Shown here in pieces: positions 53,209 through 64,000 of a stretch of 64,000 nt of DNA. The position numbers and the translations under genes are program-made. How positions within the stretch are numbered: the stretch's first letter is position 1; the number at the start of each line of letters is the position of its first letter. The notes beneath the pieces are model-generated. The model was not told the DNA's origin. It did not search any database and was given only the letters and a program-made list of their open reading frames with translations. The stretch comes from Ruditapes philippinarum (taxonomy: Eukaryota), in the NCBI RefSeq assembly GCF_026571515.1, contig NW_026858411.1:124001-188000 (forward strand). Reading direction: 5' to 3'.

Positions 53209-54120
53209 CTAAGTGTCAGTTTGAAATAATTGTACTAATAAATCTGGTTTGGAACTATCTTCGTCTGTGAGGAGGCGTGACCATAATTCCACCACCGTTT
53301 TGACCGGAACTTTTCCATTAACAGGATTGTAAGCTTGAAACCATCTCCGGTCAACGGTCTCATCGTTATGCTCAGTCGATTTAAACATGACAATGTGATC
53401 TTCTTCTGTTATCATACCATCACCGTCTGTGTCCATTAAGTTACACACAAGTTCCTCGTTTTTCCACATTCTTTTGACAAACATCTCTTTATCTGACTCA
53501 TATGCCTTTCTCTGGTACTCAACAAATTCGGATTCCGTGATTTCTGACTGTCCCCACATCAGATACTCACTCCACCATTTGGTGTATGTATCCATTGCAG
53601 TCTTCTTTTGCTCGGCATTAAAATGGTGAAGGGTAGCGAATCTATTTCTGAAATATCATTTGCAATATTCACAATATCTACATATTATAAAATAGGTATT
53701 TTTAGTTGGTTTTAATAGGATACGTATAAGAATAAATTCATAATGAATATATTTATAAACTTCATATTTCAATTGAAATAATTACAGGCATATCATTTTA
53801 CTTCTTAGTTATTTTCAACACAATTCATTGCTTATTACTGGTTGGTTCCAGGAACGGATTCGAGAATGTTTCAAAATGCTTATAGCTTCCAACACAATCG
53901 AACTAAAATAAATTTGTATAAACTAACACTTTTGGACTTGAGAAAGTCATACTGTAAGTAGCTGTAAAACATTTAAAACGGTCAAAATGAAATAGGCTGT
54001 CAGTATTTTTGCTACATACCTTGATGTCTCTAAATCTGCAGTACAAACTTTGCCATCCTTGTTATGATCAAACCAGGAAAACCACATTTTCCATTTTGAG
54101 ACAAGAAAGTCATTGGCCAT
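53209..54120 (-). CDS. SCP-like EF-hand protein (copy A2, 179 aa)
   Basis: Exons 54020-54120 (MANDFLVSKWKMWFSWFDHNKDGKVCTADLETSR) and 53209-53647, with canonical splice sites and a TAG stop. Confidence 0.92.
53832..53927 (+). mobile_element. SINE 3'-end fragment in the A2 intron
   Basis: ggttccaggaacggattcgag..cacaatcgaactaaaataaat..tataaactaa resembles mollusc SINE tails. Not seen in the A1 intron. Confidence 0.45.
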
Positions 54121-56284
54121 TGCGGTCTGTTGAAGTATAAAAATAATATCTAAACTATCAATTTCATATAACATACCATGTAGAATTATGTACAATTATT
54201 TGTGCTTATAACATCAGTCCAAGGAAACGAAACGTGCTGTTGGGTTATATTTGTATCTGTATGTCGATCTACATCTAACATATATAGTGGACGGAATTCG
54301 AACTACAATAATTATACAGTTAAACGAAAATTCTGTATATACATTGTTCAAGATATTTTCGTAATGAAAAAGAACGTTTGACATGGGCAATTGTTATATC
54401 GTCTAAGATAAAATAAATGTTATAGGAAATCAAACTGAGTTTATAGATAAGTACGCTGTCATTGTGTTTCAAATGATAGATAAAGTGATAAACAAAAGGT
54501 ATCAATTTATTTATAAAAAATGTACAAAACGTAATTCAAACTTGTATAGTTGTACAGTACAAACTGACCTGAAAGTGAAAAGCAGTTGTGCGGACGAAAA
54601 GAAAATTGCATGTCCGCGTTGTGCTTGCAAACTAGTTAAAAATAAAAAAAAGAATTCAATGCCCAAGTTTGATTTAATCAACACTTTTATCCAATTATCC
54701 ATTCGGAAACCAACATAAATAAAAGTTTAAATACATTCAATTATGAAATAAGTGAATAGCTTATCAATATCAAATGAAGTCTTGCTGAGGAGAATGCGGG
54801 AAAATTATGATGATCTTCGATTATATTATTATAGGAATCCCAAGAACGACCTTGAAGACATGATTTTTCATGTTAATTTGATAACGTGTTAATGCAAACG
54901 GTTTGATAATTAATTGTATCAAGATGAGTTTCATGCTTTTGAATTAATTAACTTTTGATACTGTCCATCGAGATTAAACTTGTTTACAAATTGTGACTTG
55001 AATAAGAGATAGTAATTAAAAGAGTAATTGAAATTGTAGACAATTACGTTCATAAAGTAAACAAGCACACAAAGGTAAATATAAAACCCGAGAACATTTA
55101 ACAACCTTTTAAAATTTCACAGAAGTTTTCATTTCTTTATTTTGTATCAAAACTTCAGAACAAAACAAAATTGATTTAAATACACTTTACCGAAACTTTA
55201 AGACTTTGTATATTCGAAGAAATATATAAAGACATTGAAGATGTTAGTATATATTACGAATTCTAAACAACTGCATACAAACAAAATTAACAATAGTTCA
55301 TTTAACATTACAATTACACAGAAGTTTTTATTTTATTTTTATTGACGGAACTTCAGTAATCAAATTCACCACTAATTCAGTAAATACACTTTAAACGAAA
55401 ATTGTAATAACTTATATATAATTAAAAACGGGTATTATAAGCTGGATTTCTATATTTATTTAAAATTTTAAATACTGGCAGTATCAAAATTAAGATAGTC
55501 TATTAAATTTTTGTTGTTGTTTTTCTTTTTATCTTTTTTTTTATTTAATTTTATAATCTGTTGTTAAACTTCATTAAAATGCACTTACTTGTCGCAATTT
55601 AAAAATGTGCAAAAAAACTAAGTGGAGTAGATTCAGGTTAACTTAATTAACTTACAAGTTTACTTGAAAGAACAAAATTTTAAAACTGCCGCCATATGTG
55701 CTTCTAGAGCTAGAAATATTACATGCTTATGTAATCAGGTTAGTTCGTATACATCACAGCTTCTTATCTTTTAGTGCGTTGAACCTTGTTTGCAGACACG
55801 TTATTTACTCGCTTACTACAAGAAAAGTTTCAAGGACATACTGGCATCTTATATAAATGATAACACATATTATATCGTGTAAATGATAACACGTATTATA
55901 CCGTGATCTGAAATATAATAACTTACAAAGGTTACACTTGTGAAGGTAAATAGGTAAGAAAACAGTTTAAATCTCATCTTTCGGTTGATTCATATAAAGA
56001 GATAAAACTATTCATTGTGTAATTTAACTTTTGGACCAGGGGATTATAAATTAAGTTCGTTTAAGTGGTTTGTATATGTTTTATATGATTTACTCACATA
56101 CAATGGAATGATATGCATTACATACAAAGTATCTAAATTGTTTTCTACCATTTAACGTCGTTAGAAATGTAAAATGGATAGTTGATGCAATTATAATGGA
56201 TATAAGATACTTATAACGCAAAGGTTAATAAAACAAATGTTTCAAAATAAACTATTTATCAATCACCTATATATTTCAGAAACC

Positions 56285-57211
56285 ATGGCCAACGAGTATC
56301 TTATATCAAAATGGAAAATGTGGTTTACCTGGCTAGATATTAATAAGGATGGCATACTGGACGCACAAGACATCGAGTCGGAAAGGTATTGCTCATATAC
56401 TAATATAGCGAATATATTATAAAGATGAGGGCCATTATGATGGGCTGTATCGCTGGAGTTGATTGTTATGAATTATACGACTATTATCTGGAGTTCGTGG
56501 GAATACAGGCATGTGCAATGCACGTGAGCAAAGCAATCAATCACAATTACCATTTCTTTATAAATGTAAACCTTCAAATAAAATGCGTTAAGAATATGAA
56601 CAAAACTTAGGGTTGGGTGATTCTAATGAACACAGTCTAAGCATCAGGTTATTGATATTTTGGAATGAAGTGTTTGGCTGGTTATTGTTAGCGGGAAGTT
56701 GGTAGAGGCGGGTGCTGTGTTTCGTGAAAGTAGCATTACCTTGTTGATTTTCATTATTATTTTAAATTTCAGGCAAAGGTTTGTTGAATTGAACGAGTTC
56801 AGCACAGAACAAATAAATGCTGCCATGGAGGTTTTTGCAAAATGGTGGGAGGAATTTATTTTCTGTGGAAAAAGTGAGCTATCAGAAGAAGCTTTGATTA
56901 AATCTTTCAATGACGCCTTCAAAGCGAACAAAAAAAGATTTATAGAGAAAATGCGCCGTTCTTTTCAAGTCGCTTATAATGTGGTTGATATTCATAGTAA
57001 TCAATGCATATCCGAGGATGAATTCATAGTTGGTTTAAGGACGTCAGGACACGAAAATATTGAGCTCAATCGAAGGTTCTTCCAGATGTATAATCCAGTA
57101 GATGGCCACATTCCTGTAAAAGAACTAGTTGAGTCTTGGGTTCAGTTTACAACTTGTGAGGACAAAGAGAAACACGACATCGTGAAAACAGCTTTTGAAT
57201 TAGGTGTTTGA
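56285..57211 (+). CDS. SCP-like EF-hand protein (copy J, 179 aa)
   Basis: Exons 56285-56385 (MANEYLISKWKMWFTWLDINKDGILDAQDIESER) and 56773-57211. Upstream TATATAAA at about 55850 and candidate non-coding exon donors at 55946 and 55954. Confidence 0.92.
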
Positions 57212-60035
57212 CGATTTTACTTAACACATCAATTGACTTTATTAATAGTCTATCTCTAGCAATATTTGATAGTTTTTGCTAGGTGATGATGTCATAAGGT
57301 ATGACTATATTAACACTGCTTTATTCTATTCTGGATGTGCTTGAAAATTCAACATTAGGTGAACATAACTGGAAATGACATAGCTGTTTTAAATGAGTGA
57401 ATTTAAGTGTGCAAGACAATTATGTGCATTTTCGTTCTTTGACAAGATGTTACAAATAGGGCACCGTTTATTTAAACAATAATTAAAAAAGATAATTCAG
57501 AAAATTGTTTTGTTTGTTTATGTTCTTCTTATTTTATACATTTATGTAGGCAAAAAAGTATGAAAGTCAATATAACCAGTTATTAAAGTCTTCTTCTGTT
57601 TACTTTTTTTTAATTGTCAATTCTTAATATTTTAGCTATAAACGAATAATCTAGTTCTGTTACTTACAGCGAAAATTTGAGTATCATTTTAACGCAATAA
57701 ATGAAATGAGAACGTACATGAGTTACCTAGCTTTTTAAAACTGTCATCATAAGTAAGCATGCGTGAAGCGATGCGCCGTTTACACATTATCCGACGGATT
57801 TTTGCAAATAGATAAGCCAACAAGTTAAATGTTGATGCTGCATATCAAAGACGGCGCCAAATAATATGACCAGTCACAGGTAATGAACAAAATCTTAATT
57901 AAAAATCGTTCTCAATTACAATTGAATATCCGAAGAACTAATCAATTTTTTTCCATGTTCTTGTAATGGGTCTGAAAGTCTGAAATGTTTCTGTTGCGAC
58001 AATGATTGAAACGTCTGGTCGAAGCAAAATAAATTGGATAACAAGAAAAATTGAAATGATTAGTAAACTTAAAATGAATTCCAGACAATATGTGCCGAGA
58101 ATATGTCCATTTAAATATTGGTGCGAATTGCATAATGTTTATTCGAATGAATTTGAGGATGAACTGTCTATTGTTTAATAAATAGCAAAATATGTCTGTA
58201 ATATCAAATAATAGTTATGAATAAATTGATATATATATATATATATATTATCAATTCTTAGTAACGTTTTGTTTTCTTATTTATAAAAGAATGAAGTATT
58301 TGATTAAACTAAAGATTGCATAATTTTATTCGCCTAGAATCTAGGTTTAGGACCACTTAATGTAGAAAAACATCAAAGTCGTCAGTCAAAGAATCCTTCA
58401 AAAAACCTATTGCAAGTATTCGTGATACATTTAAAGTAAGCGTAATTTCTCAATCAGTTAATCTGTTTTATAACTGAAATCTTAATTATTTTCATGAATT
58501 ACATGTCGAACACGTTTTGCATGTTTTGCAAAATATATTTCCGGTGTGTCCGTATCGCTAATAAAATGTCCGTTGCGTATTTTAATGATACCTCTTGTTC
58601 CCTTGGTTCCCGTCATTAGACTATAGACTGGCTAATTGGCACGTTATTTATAAGGTAGATAAAATTTGATTAGTATTAAAAGAATATGATATTCAAACAT
58701 GGCACTATCACTTCAGTCAAACGATTATTTTCATCCCTTAAAGCTCTGTGACATGATGTTCATCAAAAAAATGCACAAAATCAAGTCTAAAATTTTCCCA
58801 ACTGCTATACGAACAAATGCATATCTGTGCACGCGCCGTATAACTAAATGTTGTTTTATATCTTATAATATGAAGGTTTTCATCAGATATAGAAATACTG
58901 TTTACCATGCCTCCCATGTTAATAACTATTGATTGGCATGCATCTCCCCTATTATATTGGGAATCGAAAGATTGGATTGCCACGTGACCTCCAGTCTGCC
59001 AATCACTAATACAAACATCAATACACACGACAAAATTCATGTTCTTATTTTAAGGAAAATATTGTTTATAACTTATGTTTTATTTTTTAACATGAGCATT
59101 CTATTTAAATCAAATGATACAAATTTTGTCTAATTATATATAAGCATGATTTCACTGAATAATAATCATGGATTGCTGTAAATACTGCTGCATGAATTAG
59201 ATAATTTTCATAAAACGCTGAAATAAGTACCGATGTAAACGTTTGTAAAATGGTACAGAATGTTAGGAACGTGAATAGATTAATATTGTGCAACTGCACA
59301 TGATAGAGATGTGGGAATGTTATAATTTTGTTAAATAGTTTTCATACGAGAAAATATATCAGACAAAAACAAACACACAAACAGTAAAAGACGGCGGTGT
59401 TAATCAAATTAATCTTCTGTCAATTCATCCTTATCCTCAACTTAAGAAGTATTATCAGTTGCCTTATATGTTTTTGAAGAGAGACTTAACTATAATTGAC
59501 AATTGAAGTTATCTAAGGGGTTGTTACTTCAAAGAAAACAAGTGATTGTAGGCACTAGATATTTCAAAATTAATCTAACTGAAGTATTACATGGTGTCAA
59601 TTTAGATGATAAAAATAAAAGATTAAAGTAAAGTGTTATGTGAACCAGCATTTAAGACAATCAAATGTGAATGACCTTTATCAATATCGGAGATCACAAA
59701 ATGTATGTGGTATCCTTTAGTAAAACGCCTTTCTTACATTAGCATAATGCCTCAATAGACGGTTAGGTTCGAGGTGTACACAACTTATGGTACAATATTC
59801 ATAGCATTAAATCACTTACTATAATATATAAATCACCATGTTCCCCCCATAACATATCCCCCAAACAGATTCATTGCAGAATTTAGACAATATTATTATC
59901 TAAATATCTCTGTTATCTTTGTTTGTTATGCTTATAAATGTTTTAATTGTTCGTTTCAATTATGTGATTGGTTTATACAGAATTTATTTAAGTTCGATTG
60001 TAATGTGTAGGAAGCTATAAACTTGTAAAAACACA

Positions 60036-60128
60036 CGTTTGAATGAATCCGTCCCTGCAACCAACAAGTACTGAGCAATGAGTGTAAAGTTTCTTGCTCA
60101 AGGAAAGAACGACTTGCCCCTGACGGTC
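60036..60128 (-). mobile_element. SINE central-domain fragment
   Basis: agtactgagcaatgagtgtaaagtttcttgctcaaggaaagaac resembles the reverse strand of conserved-domain SINEs. Confidence 0.45.
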
Positions 60129-60684
60129 AGGTGATTATTTATGAAATATCAAGTAGAGGACATGTAGGAAATATCATGTGCTTGTGAAATACTGGAGGAA
60201 CTGAAGACCCTAAATGTTGAGTTGAATAATTGTTATGTCTTCAAGCAATGGAATATCTCCATTTATTTAAACGTTTAAATCTATAGATTACACAGTATGA
60301 TTTGCTTGTACACATCTAAGTTTCGATTGGTATTGTTCTTCTTAATCCTAATCCGTTTAGGCCTTATATTAACAGAAGATTTTATTTATTCAAACAGTTT
60401 GTTAACTTCATATTATATGAGTACGGCTCAATCCCATTATTCCTCAGTTGAGAGGCAACTAGATGTATCAACCTCTTGGTCACCGTTTCCCCTTTTTTTT
60501 AATTTAATCAACATTCAGTTTTGAATATGAATGGTCTAGATAATGGGGAAAATGTTGACATTAACCTTGGATAAAGTAGTACATCCTTCTCCTGTTATCA
60601 GACGTTTCTGCAGATATGAAACATGTGACCTTAGTACTATTTTCAAAATAAGTTCAATTACTCTTTTATTTGTTGACACTACAT

Positions 60685-63600
60685 CTGAAAAAATATTTTA
60701 TCAAACTCTTACACTTTATAGACTCATAAAGTATTTGGATATCGAACATTATTTTAATAAGTATCAATGAAATGACAAAAACAGACAATTATCTTAAGCG
60801 CTTTAAGACGGGTTATAGAAAAGTAGTGCCAACAATCCTTTTTGACCTCGGATAACGTTATCTGGCGTGTTTGTAATGTGTACAATCTGTCTGTCATGAA
60901 GACAACCTTGACCTGGGAAATACTGCATTGCACTTCTTGTGCATAATTATATTACATAAAATATCAAAGTAATTTCATTAATATCCTAAAGTGTTTTCTA
61001 ATTTTTAAATTTCTAAATTGTTTATGTGAAATTGTAAAAACTCGTAAAAACGTAAAAAGTGTCAGTACTTAGACAAATATTTTAGCTCTATTTTAAGATT
61101 TTATTTAAACCTCATCCCCGTTCAAATGTTACGATATTAAGCTATATAAATAATACAACGGAAGATATAAACATGGTCATTCTTGAAGGCTTATAAATTA
61201 TAATTTCTTTTTTATAATAGATGTACTTTTATAACACTATGCAATAGATGCTAAATTATACAGTTAAGCATATTCACGTGGCGTTCTGTTTATTATCACC
61301 TAACATTGTGAATATTATCTTAAAAAGTTACTATCAAACTTTAAAATATTGTTGCACAAATATGCACAATCAACATTAAATATCGCTATCTATCATGTTA
61401 TCAAGAAGAGAATAACCTTGTCATTAATCACAAATGCTTTACTAAAAGAATTAATTTAATAGAATATTAACATAAAATCTTATAAAATAAGAAGTTATTA
61501 CTATGACATACAGTAAAGCTGTTTGATTTAGATATCACATTTTCGATGGAGAATTTAAATAAAGTAATATAAAGTGTGACATATAATAAATAATCAGTTT
61601 TGTTTTAAAGCTGCATTTTATAAAAAAACATGTATTTAGAAATATTTTGTCATCGGTCTAAAAACCAAACAGTCTACTCTTATTAACCTTTTGATAATAT
61701 CGTTATAATCTAATCAAATATTGTTCAGAAATCATTATTTTAAAAGGAAAACTAAAGTATACGATTTTTATCATGCAAATGAAGACGTTTGCACTACGTC
61801 ACAGTGTTTGACTGCTAAACAATCAATAGCTTTTAATAATGTAATTATAATCATGAAACAAAACTAGCATTATGCAAAATATTGATTTAACTTTAAAGTG
61901 TAAAAAGCTATAAATCTGCTGTAAAAAATATTTCTTAAAATTTTACAAAAGAATACTTCCAAAATGCTGTTGTGAAATAAAAATGGTAGAAAATTGCCTC
62001 AAAAGCGAATGTCGCATGCACAAAATCATTGCTAAACGGATACAACCCTGCTTAAAATAGTAACTATAATATTTTTGTTCCGGAACTTTTTATTCTGTTT
62101 GCGTACAAAATTCATGTGTTAAATAACAGAGACATTCTATGTGAATCAACCAAATAATAACGGAACCGATATAACATGAATATTGATAAAATAAAGATAT
62201 TTTATAGTATACAGTATACATTTATACTATTGAAACGATTTGGCATTGCAATTGATCCCTTTTTAAATAAAAAAAAAAGTTTTATTAAGATATTCTATTC
62301 TGTTATTCATTATTAATAACTTTTACAGATCTTGTTAATGCAAATTGATTTACATAACATTTTACAAAGTTGCTATGCCTATGACACTGGCGAAGTTTAT
62401 GTGATGAAGTATGTAAGATATCAAAAGTAGTGAATTATTTATGTCAACTTATATAGAATGTATTTATCCTATGACACAAAAAGTTTGAACTGTGGTACCG
62501 AAATGAAAAATATCTGTATGTCTGCGTATGAGACATTTGCCCTGAGTCCTATTTTTAAAATTAAGTTTAGTTATGATTGTAAAATAAGTGATTTAAATCA
62601 TTAAAAAAAGGCAAATTCGACACTCTATTTTTTATTTGTCAATATATGTGAGAAATATTTTACCCAACTCTTACACTTTATAGACTCTTTGAGTATTTGT
62701 TTTCCAACATCATTTTTAAAAAAGCATCAATTAAATGGCAAAAAAACAGACAATTATTTCAAGCGCTTTTAGACGGGTTATAGAAAAGTAGTGCCAACAA
62801 TCCTTTTTGACCTCGGATAACGTTATCTGGCGTGTTTGTAATCCGTCTGTCATGAAGACAACCTTGACCTAGGTAATACTGCATTGCACTTCTTGTGCTT
62901 AATTATATTAAATTAATATCCAATTGGTGCTTTTTACTTATCTTAAATTTCTGTCAAGTTATAAATGACTGATTTTAGGAACTCGTAAAAAAGTGCCGAT
63001 ATTTTAACAAATGTATTAACTTTATTTTATGTATTTTATTTGAGCCTCATCTCCGTAAAAATATTAACATATTCAGTCAACAGAATATATGAACATGGCA
63101 TCTTGAAGACTTATAAATGACTTTATTTTATATAAAAGTTCTTTTATAACTGTATGCATTAAACAGTTGAGCATACTCAGACGGTGTTCTGTTTATCATC
63201 AACTACCATTGTGAATAAACTTTATTTACAAAGGTTACAATCAAACTATTAAATATATTGCAAAAACATGCACAATCAAAAGTTTTATATATCGCCATAT
63301 ATCATATTTGTAAGAATAACTGTCATTATGCACAAAGTTTTACTGAATGAATTTAATAAAATATCAACATCTTTAAAAGAAGTCATAACTATAAGACATA
63401 GTAAAGCAGTTTGATTTAAATGTCACATCTTCAAAACAGTTACAAATCTAGTTATATTAAGTATGAAATATAATAATCAGTTTTATTTTTAAAGCTGCAT
63501 TTTATAAATGTATGTGTGTAGAAATATTTTGTCGTCGGTCTAAACCCCAAACTATTGAATTAACATTTTTTAACAATATCGTTGTAAATCTAATCATCAG

Positions 63601-64000
63601 TGTTAAGAAATTAACATTTAAAAGGAAAACTAAAGTATACGAATTTTTTTACATGCAAATGAAGACTAATATTATCTCTTGTATGCACTACGTCGTTCTA
63701 AAAATCAATAGCTGCAAATTTGTAATATTGTAAAAATGAAAATTAAACAAAACCAGCATTATGCAAAATATTGATGTCACTTTATATGATGTGTCATTGC
63801 ATTTGATCCCTTTTCGTAGATAAAAAAGTTTTTTTTGTAATTCATTAATAATAACTTTTACAGGTCTTGTAAATGTAATTGATTTGCACATCATTAAATA
63901 AAGTTGCTATCCCTTTGACATTGGCGAACTTGATGTGATGAAGTATCACAAATAAACATTCGACTTTAGTTGATTATTTATGTCAACTCGAATAAAATGT
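60685..64000. repeat. Diverged ~1.96-kb non-coding tandem duplication (about 60685-62480 and 62650-64000, running off the window)
   Basis: Collinear homology with indels, including a 72-nt identical core at 60806-60877 and 62771-62842. Confidence 0.9.

Noticed and set aside
57300-64000. Short ORFs in the distal AT-rich region as genes
   Set aside because: Low complexity, no recognisable domains, and not conserved in frame between the duplicated copies.

Overview
AT-rich animal genomic DNA with spliceosomal introns. The repeat content suggests a mollusc, probably a bivalve clam; this is inferred and not verified. The window is dominated by a tandem cluster of EF-hand genes of the sarcoplasmic calcium-binding protein (SCP)/calexcitin/photoprotein superfamily. 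I reconstruct 9 putatively intact genes, 1 full pseudogene and 3 exon fragments. All share a phase-2 intron after a 98-101-nt exon, followed by a 439-445-nt last exon. One member (16238-20394) appears to have two extra 5' exons encoding a signal peptide, i.e. a secreted SCP. Positions 3401-9075 are a 5.7-kb insertion bounded by TGGGG direct repeats, with empty sites visible in paralogous introns. It encodes a zinc-finger plus tyrosine-recombinase-like core-binding protein remnant and carries arrays of GCCAC-N12-TGGGG sites. It is interrupted by a Penelope-like (Naiad-type) retroelement fragment with a SECIS-like hairpin. Also present: segmental duplications, an inverted orphan promoter/exon, minisatellites, MITEs and SINE remnants. 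All calls come from manual reading; no database searches were run.
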